A DNA stretch of 20,000 nt. Origin: an uncultured virus (IMG/VR IMGVR_UViG_2579779073_000002) (Duplodnaviria > Heunggongvirae > Uroviricota > Caudoviricetes). Shown here one piece after another: positions 1-10,639 of this stretch. The notes under the pieces were generated by a model. That model saw only the letters and a program-made list of their open reading frames with translations. It made no database searches and was not told the DNA's origin. The DNA is taken from IMG/VR virus record IMGVR_UViG_2579779073_000002; one strand, given 5' to 3'. The position numbers and the translations under genes were made by a program. Within the stretch, counting starts at the first letter, position 1; the number at the start of each line of letters is the position of its first letter.

Positions 1-207
1 ACGATTTATCCAACTAACGACGCTAAGGCAGAAGGAGTCACGATTAATGAAGTGGACGTTACACATGGTCCTCAAATGGTTGGCGTGATTGTTGAAGGCT
101 ATTTATTTGGCCAACGCTTACCAGTGGCGCCAACAGCTGAGGCTATCACGGCATTAAAGAAGATTACTTTCACTGATACGGACGCCGCCGCCGTATCACA
201 AGCCTAA
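1..207 (+). CDS. 3' end of a head-associated protein (probable capsid decoration/cement protein), truncated by the window edge
   Basis: Frame 1 is open from base 1 to TAA 205-207 (TIYPTNDAKAEGVTINEVDVTHGPQMVGVIVEGYLFGQRLPVAPTAEAITALKKITFTDTDAAAVSQA). It lies directly before the capsid RBS, the position of lambda gpD-like genes upstream of gpE-family capsids. Confidence 0.65.
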   Translation, partial: TIYPTNDAKAEGVTINEVDVTHGPQMVGVIVEGYLFGQRLPVAPTAEAITALKKITFTDTDAAAVSQA

Positions 208-226
208 TTAAAGGAGGAGAAAACAA

Positions 227-1249
227 ATGGCTCAAATTTCAGATTTATTCACGCAACATGATTTAATCGATTTTTCATTGAATCGGCAGTATCCAGCGAT
301 GCAAGGTGATGAACTATTCCCAGCAATCAAAGTCAACTCACTAACTGTTGATATCTTGAAACGTCAAAATCGAATTCCAGTGATTGCATCCTATGCGGCT
401 TTTGATAGTGAAGCCGAAATTGGCAGTCGGTCTGCCTCGGGCGCTGCCATCGAACTGGCTTTGATTAAGCGCAAGATGCAGATTAAAGAAAAAGATTTGT
501 ATGCGATGCTCAATCCGCGGACGCCCGCAGAAGCTAGCTACTTGCAACAACATGTTTATAACGACTTTGATGTGCTCAATCAAGGCGTTTTAGCACGAAT
601 TGAAAAGACCGCTATGGACGTTTTAGCAACAGGTAAGACTATTTTGCCAGATGAAAGTGGTAAACTTGCTGTCCAACTTGATTATCAAGTTCCGACTGAA
701 CATCAGGAAGCTTTGACTGGAGCTGCTACATGGGATAACGGCGACGCGGATATCCTTGGTGATATTACGCGCTGGTGCGATAAGATGGATATTACACCAA
801 CCCGGGCGCTAACTAGTCGGAAGATTTATCGATTGATTACGACTAATACCAAAGTTCTACAAGCCGTGTATGGTAACTCTACTCGGGCACTTGGACAAGC
901 CGACTTTGACACCTTCATGCAGGCACAAGGTTTACCAATTTTTCGGACTTATGATCAAAAATATACCCAAGTCGGAAAAGATGGCAAGATTACCAAGAGT
1001 CGTTACTTCCCAGAAAATCGACTTGTCTTAATGAACGATGACCCGATTGGTAATAAAGTGTTTGGACCAACTCCAGAAGAGTTAGCACAATTCAGTGGCC
1101 CAGCGCAAATTAACGCTGTGGGTAATGTTTACGATATGATTTATACCGAAACTAATGATCCAATTGGGACTTGGGAAAAAGCCTCAGCAGTTGCGCTTCC
1201 AGCGTTTGCCGCGGCGGATGAGGTATTTCAAGCTCAGGTTTTAGCCTAG
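227..1249 (+). CDS. Major capsid protein (phage major capsid E-like family)
   Basis: 340 aa ORF with strong RBS AAGGAGG at 211-217. Size, sequence style (ELFP, AAFDSEA, C-terminal ASAVALP) and position before the head-tail genes fit this call. Confidence 0.88.
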   Translation: MAQISDLFTQHDLIDFSLNRQYPAMQGDELFPAIKVNSLTVDILKRQNRIPVIASYAAFDSEAEIGSRSASGAAIELALIKRKMQIKEKDLYAMLNPRTPAEASYLQQHVYNDFDVLNQGVLARIEKTAMDVLATGKTILPDESGKLAVQLDYQVPTEHQEALTGAATWDNGDADILGDITRWCDKMDITPTRALTSRKIYRLITTNTKVLQAVYGNSTRALGQADFDTFMQAQGLPIFRTYDQKYTQVGKDGKITKSRYFPENRLVLMNDDPIGNKVFGPTPEELAQFSGPAQINAVGNVYDMIYTETNDPIGTWEKASAVALPAFAAADEVFQAQVLA

Positions 1250-1261
1250 AGGTGATTGATA

Positions 1262-1438
1262 ATGAAGGTTCGCGTTAAAGATTACCCAATTCGGTATAAA
1301 GATACTCGGTATAAAAAAGGTGATGAGCTCAGCATTACGCAAGACGCGTTCAATGATGAGCTTTTTGTTTGTCTTGATAAGCAGAAGGACGAGAAAACTG
1401 CCGATAATGCTCAGTTAGAAACAGACGACGAAGAATAG
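1262..1438 (+). CDS. Small hypothetical head-region protein (58 aa)
   Basis: GAGGTG RBS at 1249-1254 lies 7 nt before ATG 1262 (the ORF track starts at TTG 1256). Fills the gap between capsid and connector genes. Confidence 0.7.
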   Translation: MKVRVKDYPIRYKDTRYKKGDELSITQDAFNDELFVCLDKQKDEKTADNAQLETDDEE

Positions 1439-1449
1439 AGGATGATCGT

Positions 1450-1782
1450 ATGGCTAAACCAAGCCCACCAGATAAGGCGGGACAATTGACAAGACTATAT
1501 ACGCGATTAGGTGTTGAGAAAGACACGCCGGATGCTGCAGTGGTTGATGACATCTTTGATGACGCTGTTCAAACGTGCTTGGATTATACCCGGTCTTCAC
1601 TCTCGACACCGATTCTAATTCAGGCAAAACGGCTTGCCATTATCATGTACAACGAGCAAGGAACAGAAGGCGAAGCATCGAGGTCAGAAGGCGGCGTTTC
1701 TCAATCGTTTGAACTGGGACTACCTAACATAATTAAAACCGCGCTAGCACCTTACCGAGTCGCGAAAACGAGGCGATTCTAA
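1450..1782 (+). CDS. Head-tail connector/adaptor protein (SPP1 gp15-like)
   Basis: 110 aa with the YNEQGTEGEASRSEGGVSQSF motif typical of Firmicutes phage head-tail connectors; GAGGA RBS; synteny. Confidence 0.8.
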   Translation: MAKPSPPDKAGQLTRLYTRLGVEKDTPDAAVVDDIFDDAVQTCLDYTRSSLSTPILIQAKRLAIIMYNEQGTEGEASRSEGGVSQSFELGLPNIIKTALAPYRVAKTRRF

Positions 1783-2120
1783 TGCGCCTTAGACCAACAG
1801 ACCTGACAACTGTTTATTTACGACAACAACAATCAGGTCACGATGATGAAGGTAATGTCATTACGGCGGGATGGAGCAATCCAATTGCAGTGAGGATGAA
1901 CATTCAAGCTGCTGGCGGTTCAGTGAATGCGCAAATCTGGGGCAAAGACCTTAAGTACATTAAATCTGGTAAGTATCAAGGTAATCAGATCAATGAAGGT
2001 CAACAAGAAAATTGGGGTGTTTGTGTCAATGTTACTAAAGATAGCGAGCCAGATTACGTTATCAATTCGATACAAACATTCAGCACCCATAAAAATATCA
2101 CTTTAGAGCAACGTAAATGA
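1782..2120 (+). CDS. Putative head closure/stopper protein (gp16-like position)
   Basis: 112 aa, TAATG-coupled to the connector gene; beta-rich pattern (DDEGN...W); synteny. Confidence 0.6.
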   Translation: MRLRPTDLTTVYLRQQQSGHDDEGNVITAGWSNPIAVRMNIQAAGGSVNAQIWGKDLKYIKSGKYQGNQINEGQQENWGVCVNVTKDSEPDYVINSIQTFSTHKNITLEQRK

Positions 2121-2130
2121 GGCGAATAGG

Positions 2131-2682
2131 ATGGCTAAAGTTGAATGGCGTGGCAGTGATAAGCTGAAAGCTCAGCTCAAAAAAATGCCCAGTGTGGTTC
2201 ACGATGCCATCTGGGATGCTACTTTTGATGTTGTTGAGAAAGCAGAGGGCTATGCAGTCAAAGAACTTCAATCCAGCGTTAAGTATGGAAATGGTGAGTT
2301 AGCTCGAAGTATTAAATATGAGGTTGTCGATAGTGATGGCAAGATTGTCGGTCGTGTCTGGTCCGATGACCCAGTAGCGCTATTTCGTGAGCTCGGTACT
2401 GGACGAGTGGGTGAGGAGTCGCAAAAAGATTTACCCGATGGATTTACACCAGTGTACAGGCAAACGCCTTGGTTCATTCCTGCTGATGACGTTGATACTG
2501 ACCTGAGTGAACTGTATGGTATGCCTAAAATCGAAATCGACGGACACACATTCTATCGGACAAGCGGTCAACCCGCCCGCCAGTTTTTAACCCCCGCCGT
2601 CAAACAAGCCAGTCGTGAGGCACCAGAGATGATTAAGCAGAGTGTGGAGGCCGCACTCCATAACAAATTAGGGGGTAGTTGA
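2131..2682 (+). CDS. HK97 gp10-like tail completion/neck protein
   Basis: 183 aa with the GELARSI, FRELGTG and GQPARQFLTPA motifs characteristic of the HK97-gp10 family. Confidence 0.8.
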   Translation: MAKVEWRGSDKLKAQLKKMPSVVHDAIWDATFDVVEKAEGYAVKELQSSVKYGNGELARSIKYEVVDSDGKIVGRVWSDDPVALFRELGTGRVGEESQKDLPDGFTPVYRQTPWFIPADDVDTDLSELYGMPKIEIDGHTFYRTSGQPARQFLTPAVKQASREAPEMIKQSVEAALHNKLGGS

Positions 2683-3047
2683 TGGTAATTATTAATGTGA
2701 AGTCAGTAGTGTATCAAGCACTAACGGCTATACCGGAAATTAAACAGGTCTCAACCACGTACCCAGATAATTTAACGGTGTTCCCAATCGCTGTATACAA
2801 CACGGCACATAAAGCCTATTTTCGTGATGCTAATCAGCAAGAGTTGCAAACGGAATGGACGATCACAATTGACCTCTTCTTAAAAGAAGGTAGCACAACG
2901 GCAATCACGAATAAGCTCATGTCATCATTTGGTGATATGGGCTTTTCAAGCGATGTTGGTGATAGCAATTTAGCGGGTGTGAATCGCACTGTATTACGAT
3001 TTACTGGTGTTGTTGATAACACTAGTCACCGCGTATTTGAAAGTTGA
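2682..3047 (+). CDS. Putative tail terminator protein (SPP1 gp17-like)
   Basis: About 121 aa; AGGGGG RBS before ATG 2682, which overlaps the upstream stop; lies immediately before the major tail gene; FP..VY and ITIDLF pattern. Confidence 0.65.
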   Translation: MVIINVKSVVYQALTAIPEIKQVSTTYPDNLTVFPIAVYNTAHKAYFRDANQQELQTEWTITIDLFLKEGSTTAITNKLMSSFGDMGFSSDVGDSNLAGVNRTVLRFTGVVDNTSHRVFES

Positions 3048-3061
3048 AAGGATGATTGAAA

Positions 3062-3532
3062 TTGAAAAAGAATTTAACAGTATTTGATTTACAACGATTT
3101 GCTGCAGACGCTAGTGCCGGGCTTGCCGGAACAGGGACCAAGCTTGAAATGTCAGTGGATGGCACTAAGTTTGATGAAATTGGCGGTATTAAGACCGTTC
3201 CTGACATGGGTTCAGACCCAGAAAATATTGATGTGACTGATTTATCAGATACGAAAAAGAAGTCAGTTCCTGGGATTGAAAATACATCAACGTTAGCTTT
3301 TACCTTTGTGTACAAGGGCAGCAACTTTGCAACGGCTTTAACGCACAATGGTGACAATAAGCAATATAAATGGAAGGTCACTTATCCTGATGGGATGACA
3401 GCTTCTTTCACTGGCTCATATACCGTCAAAATGGGTAACGTTGCTGTCAACGGAGCACTTGAATACACGATTTCGATTATCGTATCGGACGGACCGGACT
3501 TTGCAACGGCCAGTAGTAGCGCCGGAGCTTAG
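3062..3532 (+). CDS. Major tail (tube) protein
   Basis: About 156 aa with VPDMGSDPENIDVTDL and WKVTYPDG...FTG tail-tube motifs. AAGGATG RBS favours TTG 3062 over 3056. Confidence 0.85.
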   Translation: MKKNLTVFDLQRFAADASAGLAGTGTKLEMSVDGTKFDEIGGIKTVPDMGSDPENIDVTDLSDTKKKSVPGIENTSTLAFTFVYKGSNFATALTHNGDNKQYKWKVTYPDGMTASFTGSYTVKMGNVAVNGALEYTISIIVSDGPDFATASSSAGA

Positions 3533-3631
3533 AACCGTCACATTTTATCCAGATAATAATTAACTTGAGTAAGAGACGAGTAGGCCAGCAGGCTGATATG
3601 AGACGAATAATAAAAATGGAGGAACTACGTT

Positions 3632-4030
3632 ATGACAGTAAAGAAAGCAACTAAGAAGTTTGAAATGGGTGGATTACAACTTGAATTAAAGTTAACAGGC
3701 CGTGATATTTTGAATATTGAAAAACGCTTGGGTAAATCTATGATGTCGCTCTTTATGAGTGCGGATGGCGGAATGAAATTGCCACCATTGAATGAAATGC
3801 TTATCGTATTGCAAGGTTCGAACCAAACTCACGGCGTTACTGATAACGACATTTTTGCTGCCTTTGAAAAATATTTTGATGAAGGTCATGCCCCAATGGA
3901 TTTATTTACAGTGCTAACAGACTTATTCCAGGAATCTGGTTTTTTCGGCAAGACAGCTTCGGCTTCGAAGACGAATACGGAATCGGAAGTCACTCTGGAC
4001 AACGAACCAACGACCGAGACGACACTTTAA
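3632..4030 (+). CDS. Tail assembly chaperone (lambda gpG-like)
   Basis: 132 aa, GGAGG RBS, between the major tail and tape measure genes; contains slippery heptamer T TTT TTC at 3940-3946. Confidence 0.75.
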   Translation: MTVKKATKKFEMGGLQLELKLTGRDILNIEKRLGKSMMSLFMSADGGMKLPPLNEMLIVLQGSNQTHGVTDNDIFAAFEKYFDEGHAPMDLFTVLTDLFQESGFFGKTASASKTNTESEVTLDNEPTTETTL

Positions 4031-4056
4031 GCAATAATTACCAGACTGTTTCTGAG

Positions 4057-4401
4057 TTGCTAAGTGCTATTTACCCATTGGCCGTGCAATCTGGGATTGA
4101 TTCTGACCACTTTTGGGAACTTGATTTTGGTGAACTCATGGTTCAAGTAATCGCAAATAATCGTAACCGTATAGATGATATGCGAATGAGAGCGGTAATG
4201 GATCACAAGCAAGCTGAGATGATGGCATTTGCTTTGAACGACCCTAGCAAAATGCCATCGGTTGAAGAGGCTTATCCATTTATCAAAACAGCGACTAGTA
4301 CATCGTCGGATTCTGTTCCTGAATGGAAACGGGACCAGTTGCTTCTAATGCAGCAATCGCAAAAGATTAAGACAGCCCGAAAATTCAAAAAAACTACATA
4401 G
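4057..4401 (+). CDS. Tail assembly chaperone C-terminal part (lambda gpT-like), probably expressed by -1 frameshift
   Basis: ORF is in the -1 frame relative to 3632..4030, has no clear RBS, and its frame is open back through 3940; FWELDFGEL motif typical of gpT-like segments. Confidence 0.7.
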   Translation: MLSAIYPLAVQSGIDSDHFWELDFGELMVQVIANNRNRIDDMRMRAVMDHKQAEMMAFALNDPSKMPSVEEAYPFIKTATSTSSDSVPEWKRDQLLLMQQSQKIKTARKFKKTT

Positions 4402-4416
4402 GAAGGGGGAAACAAC

Positions 4417-7400
4417 GTGGAACTTGAAGAAATTGAACTGCTATTCAAAGTGAACACTGAACAAATGGAACAACAATTTGCCAAGGTTCAACCGATGATT
4501 GATAAATTGATGGGGAAGACCGCTGATAGTGCGAAGTCCGGTATGGACAAGACCGAGCAGTCGATGGATGTTTCTAAAGGTGTTCAAAAGTTGCAAGACC
4601 AGTTGTCCGGTTTGAACGAGACTATCAAAACTGCATTCGAACGAATGAGTAGCTCGACATCTACCGGGGCTAGCAAGGTCAACCAGAATGCTGGCAAGAT
4701 GTTTACCGGTAGCCGGGTTAAGGTAAAACAGGACTTACAGGCTATGCTGAGTGATATCAATGCAAAGATGGATCAGGCCCGAGCTGCTCAAGCCAAGATG
4801 CGTGACTTAATGAATCAAAAAACGTCCTTGAATACCGCTCAACAGAATGGGACGCAAGGAATTAAAATTGATAATCAGGTTGCGTCCGCTCAAGCTCAGA
4901 TGACGCGTTATCAAAACCAAGCTAAAGCTCTAGCCCAATCAATGCGACAAGAATTTAAAGCGGTGCCGGACTCACTGCGGCAGATTTCTAAAGCTATGGA
5001 TCAAAACGAAGTTAAAATTGAAACCTATCGGCGTCAGTTGAAGGCGTTGCAGGGCTCCTATCGTGATGTTCAGGATTCTATGAAGACGATGGGTGCCAGC
5101 GACCGGCTGACCAAGCAAAGCACGGCACTTGAAAAGAGCATCCTGAGCACACGCGATAAGATGAACAAGCTCATTAATTCCAATGATAGTCTGAACAAGA
5201 GCTATGCTTATGTTTCTGATCGTGGTGACGAACTTAAATCTGTAATTGGTAAGCTCAATACTGAGATGGGTGAATCCGGGACGGCTGCTACACGAGCGGC
5301 AGGTTCGTATAATCGTTTCGGCAGTGCGGCAAGTAGCGCAATGAATAAAGGATCAGGTTCCGGTAAGGGGCCTTCTAATTGGTTCAGTCGCATTAGCAAC
5401 GGTATTCAAAGTGCAACAAGTCGGATACGCAATTTTGGAAATAGTAGTAGTTCTTCAATGAACAAAGCCTCTTCTAGTGCTAGACGGACCAGTGGGGCCC
5501 TGGGCGGCATTGCCCAGCAGTTGAAGTACCTCCCATCACAATTAATCGTATTTGGGTTGCTGTACCAAGGCTTGACGCAACTTGCTACTGGGATGATGAC
5601 AGCATTTAAGACGAACGCGCAGTTTGCAAGTAGTCTGAATCAAATCAAGGTCAATTTACTGACAGCATTCTATCCGATTTACAACTTTGTACTTCCGGCT
5701 GTCAATGCATTAATGTCGTCATTATCTAAAGCGACATCATGGTTGGCACAGTTCACATCAGCACTAACGGGTATGAGCTATTCCAAGGCGCGGCAAGGTG
5801 CTCAGGGACTTTATGAGCAATCTAAGGCACTAAATGACACGGCTGCCGCTTCTAGCAAAGCTTCTGCTTCTGTTAAGAAGGCAAACGAAGAGATTCGAAA
5901 GCAAAATGCGGCTCAGGCTAAATCAGTTCGTGAAGCAAATGCTCAAATTCGGGCGCAAAATCAGGCTCAAGCAGCCTCAGTTCGTGAGGCTAATCGACAA
6001 ATTGCGGAGTCGAACAAACAAGGTGCTGCCAAAGTTCGTGCTGCTAACGCGGCAATTGAAGCCGCCAATAAACGTTCTCAGGCTTCCATGGAAGCAACCA
6101 AGAAAAAGAACAAAGAACTCATGCAGTCTTTAATGGGATTTGATGAGCTCAATGTCTTGGATAAGAGTAGCGATGATGAAGACTATTCCTACGATAAAAA
6201 GCCTAAAGAGACATTTACGCCGCAAGAAATGCAAGCTGCGCCAGAGTCAACACCCACGCAAAGTGCACCAGAAAGTACACCGTTGCAGTCGACGGATGAC
6301 ATTGGTAGTGAAGCCGGTAATGATGGTGTTAATTTTGGTGTTCCGTTAGGTCAGTCATTCAATAGCGCAACGGATGCAGCNAAAAAAGTTACAAAAAGTT
6401 TTGGGTGAACTTTTTGATCCAATGAAGGCGGCGTGGGACGCCAAGGGTAAGTCGGTAGTAGATGCGGCTAAGTATGCTTGGAAAGAGGTCGGACGTGCCC
6501 TTGGGGATGTTGGTCGGTCGTTTATGCATGTATGGGATAACGGCACTGGTCAGAAGACAGTTGAGGCTATTTTACAATTGTTAGCAGACATGCTTAATAT
6601 TATTGGCGATATTGCCAAAGCTTTCTCACAAGCATGGGAAGGTGGCGGCGGTCGTGGTACTAAGCTAGTCCAAACCATTTTTAATTCGCTAAATAATGTA
6701 TTGAAACTGATACATGATATTGCCACTTCATTCCGTAGTGCATGGAATGGTGGCAATCTGGGCGAACGGATTTTTGCCAATCTCATTACGTTGGTGACAA
6801 ATTTAGTCGGGCTGATTGGTGATATCGCTAAGGCGTTTGATAATGCATGGAATCATGGCAACACTGGTACCAAGCTTATTCAATCAATTTTAAATGCATT
6901 GAACGCTGTAATAAAAGTGCTTAATAATATTGCAGTAGCATTTCGTAATGCTTGGAATAGTGGTGCGGGTGAGAAAATTGCATCAAATCTCTACAAGATA
7001 TTCACAAACATCTTTAATACTGTTAGTGCACTTGGCGGCCAATTTGACACGGCTTGGCAACATGGTGGCGTTGGTACATCTATTTTTAAAACGCTGCTCG
7101 GTATGGTTAATGACATGTTGGGTGCGTTAAACGACATGACAGGAGCAACCGTTAAGTGGGCTTCTAAGCTTAATTTCACACCCTTACTACAATCGATTGA
7201 TGGATTGCTAAAAGCGATTAGACCAGTAGTCAAAGATGTATGGGACGGCCTGGATTGGGGATATCAAAATATCCTGTTACCATTGGCCAAATACACGATT
7301 ACTAATTTAATCCCAACGTTCTTCGATGCATTAGCTGCGGCGCTTAAGTTGTTTCACAGCATTATTCAAGCTTCACAGCCCGCATTTAAATGGATATGGG

Positions 7401-10249
7401 ATTCGTTCCTTAAGCCGTTAGCAAAGTGGACTGGTGGAGTTATCGTTGGCGTGCTTAAGAAGTTAGTGGATGCATTGGGTGGAATTTCCAGTTGGGTAGA
7501 TAAACACCATACGGCTGTTGAAGCAATGGCGAAAGTCTTAGTAACTATGTTTGCATTCAAAGTAACAATGACAGGATTAAGCAATGGAATAGGACTACTG
7601 GGGAATTTAGCTGATAAAGCGGTTATTATCGGTGGTAAAGGGCATGTTCTCAGAGACTTTTTCAAAGGTATTACTGGAATTGATAAGTTAGAAGAAGCCG
7701 TTGGCAGTGTGAAGACATTATGGTCGCTTGCAAAAATGAAGTGGTCAGATTATGCTGCTGCATTAGCAGATGGTTGGAAGGCTCTCAAAAATTGGAGTAT
7801 TTGGTCTAAATTGGCAGCCGCCGGACAAGCAGTATTAGATGCTGCAATGGATGCTAACCCAATAGGATTAGTCGTACTTGCGATTGCGGCATTAGTTGCT
7901 GGATTCGTCGCGCTATACAAACATAATAAGAAATTTAGAGATTTTTGTAATTCTGTGTGGAAGCATATAACCAAATGGTTTGGAGATTCAATCGATTGGA
8001 TCTCTAAAAATTGGACTAAAATAATTGGTTTTATTATTAATCCGGTTGGCACGATTGCTTCCTGGTTCCTTAAAGATACAAAAACAGGTAAGAATATTCT
8101 TAAATGGGCATCGAAATTACCGGGTAAAGCCTCCGATTGGGCTAAGAGTGTTGGTAAAAAGGTTGGGACCCATATAACTAATGCTAAGAAGGATTTCCAA
8201 AAAGCAGGAAAGAATATTGGTAATTGGACTACTGGGTTTGTTGGCGGTGCTAAGAGAACTGTTAACACTTGGGCATCGAATATTGGCAACGGTGTTCATA
8301 AGAAAGTTTCTGATGGTAAAAAGGCCGCTCAAGAAGCGGGTAAAAAGATTGGTAACTGGACGTCTGAGTTTACGAGCAAATCTAAAGGTGCAATCGTCGG
8401 TATTCGAAAATGGGCATCAAATATCGGTAGTAATGTTAATACTAAAGTCGAAGATGGCAAACGATTAGCCAAGAATGCGGGTAGTAAGTTAGGTTCATGG
8501 GTTAATAACTTTAGAACTGGCGCAAGTAAGACTGTCTCTAGTTGGGCTGGAAGTTTAGGCTCGAAGACTAATTCTGGAATGGGGAGTTCTAGAACGGCTG
8601 CGTTAAGAGCCGGTACTCAGTTAGGTAATTGGGTTGCTTCGTTTAGAACTGGCACGGGTAAAACAATTGCAAAATGGGCCGGTGGTTTAGGCGGTAAAAT
8701 TGGTGGCGGTCTTTCATCTGGTTGGAAGTCTGTAAAAAAGGGTTCTGCGGATGTTGCTAATGCAATTATTGGTACGATTGGAAAAGCCGTTAATGGCGTT
8801 ATCGATGGCATTAAATGGATTCTCAATCACGTAGGCGCCTCCAGCAAAGCAAAGTCATTGAGCCACTGGAGTGTTCCGTCATTTGCAACTGGTGGTCGCC
8901 ATAAAGGTGGTCCAGCAATCGTTAATGATCAGGTTGGTGATAAGTATCGTGAAGCATACAAGTTACCAAATGGACGAACAGGTCTTTTCCCAGCAGTTCG
9001 CAATATGATGGTCAATCTTCCGAGAGGTACTCAAATTCTCAATGCGGCACAAACGGCTCGTAAAGCAACAGCAATGGTGCCACACTATGCCGGTGGTATT
9101 GGAGACTTTGATTTTGACTTTTCAAGTATTGGTAACTTCAATTTGCCAAGTTTCAACTTTAGCATGCCGAATTTTGGTGATTTGTTCAGTGGTATAGAGG
9201 ACAGTGTAGGCAGTTTTGCCGATGGTGTGAAAGATACGGCAAGTGATATTTGGGACGATGTCACGCACCCTGAAAAAGTATTGAAAGCTGCTATGAACAA
9301 GTTTGTTAAATTTACCGGCTTAGGTGGCTATCCGCTAGATGTTGCTAAAAGTATGGTGGATTTTAGTGTTGATAGCGCTAAAAGTTGGGTCGGTAAGATC
9401 CTCAAAGAATACGGCGAGAGCGAAGGACCAAATGGTGGATCAATCACTCATTCAATGATTAGTCGCGCACTCGAGATGACTAAAGTTCCTAAATCGCGGT
9501 GGTCAAAGATGCAACACGATATCATTGAAGTGGCTAAGTCAGAGACCGGGAATCGAAATATTATGCAGACAATTACTGATGTGAACTCGCTAGCTGGTAA
9601 TCCTGCAGGTGGACCACTACAGTATGTCAAGTCAACCTTTGATGCATTTGCTTTTCCTGGACATCATAATTTCAGATCATCATTTGACCAAGTATTGGCT
9701 TATCTGAATAACTCAGACTATTACAATGCTGCTGGTCATACAGTCATTTGGGGCACGCCTAAATTTGATTGGTTGCACAGTGGACCGATTGGGCACCGCC
9801 GTTTTGCTAACGGCGGTCTTGTTGATACTCATCAAATGATCGAAGTGGCTGAACAGAATAAGCCGGAAATGGTTTTACCTTTAACTAACATTCCACGGTC
9901 AATGCAATTGATTAAGCAGGCACTAAGCTTCATGGGACAAACGTTCAGTGATGGCTTACAAATGCCCGCAGCTTTAACTCAGTCGATGGATATGAGCAGT
10001 CTGGCTAGTCAGCCAAGTAGTACAAGTACACAGAGTATGAATAGTGGTGGCATTAACGAGCTTGGAACAAGCATCGTTAATGCGATTGTACAGGGCTTAC
10101 AAATGACAAACGTTGGCGGCAGCATGGACAATCAACCGATCAATGTGAACTTGACGTTGCAAGTTGGTGATGAGAAGTTTGGTAATGCTGCTATTAAAGG
10201 CATTAACGCGGTAAATCAGAAGAATGGTAAAAACATGTTGAGACTATAG
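4417..10249 (+). CDS. Tape measure protein (~1943 aa) with C-terminal lytic transglycosylase-like domain; split in this assembly at N 6381
   Basis: ORFs 4417..6408 and 6374..10249 join in frame (...DAAKKLQKVLGE...) if one base is removed at N6381/A-run. Also coiled-coil N-terminus, Trp-periodic repeats, ANPIGLVVLAIAALVAGFVALY segment, FATGG/YAGG/FANGG motifs and an SLT-like segment at about 9450-9790. Confidence 0.9.
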
Positions 10250-10262
10250 GAGATGATTACGA

Positions 10263-10625
10263 TTGACATATTCACTGAAGATTGGTGGGACAGTGGTTAA
10301 AGCACCACAGTCCCTAGAAGTTGCAATCCAAGATATTGATGCAAAAGCATCACGTGACGCGAATGGACTTTTGCATCGAGACCGTGTCGCAATCAAACGC
10401 AAGTTAACAGTAAAATGGGGGCCGCTAACACTGGCCGAGAATAGCACAATACTAAAAGCTGTCTCTGGACAGTTTTTTTCTTGCAGTTATTTAGACCCAC
10501 AAGAAGGTGCAGTAGTGACCAAAACATTTTATGTTGGTGATCGGACTGCACCGATTTATACACTTAATCCAGTGACATCAGATTATATTTGGCAAAATGT
10601 TTCAATGGATTTCATTGAACAGTAG
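10263..10625 (+). CDS. Putative distal tail (Dit-like) protein
   Basis: 120 aa directly after the tape measure gene; AGGAG RBS; RDANG.LHRD...KRKLTVKW and TFYVGDR...W..VSMDFIEQ pattern typical of this slot. Confidence 0.65.
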   Translation: MTYSLKIGGTVVKAPQSLEVAIQDIDAKASRDANGLLHRDRVAIKRKLTVKWGPLTLAENSTILKAVSGQFFSCSYLDPQEGAVVTKTFYVGDRTAPIYTLNPVTSDYIWQNVSMDFIEQ

Positions 10626-10639
10626 GCGGGTGAAAATTA

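Noticed and set aside
1238..1262. Capsid read-through into the in-frame downstream small ORF
   Set aside because: Two stops (TAG AGG TGA) intervene and the small ORF has its own RBS.
3520..3631. Frameshift or read-through extension of the major tail protein (Ig-like domain)
   Set aside because: Read-through and the +1 frame stop within about 11 codons. The -1 frame is open for about 40 codons but has no slippery site or recognisable domain.
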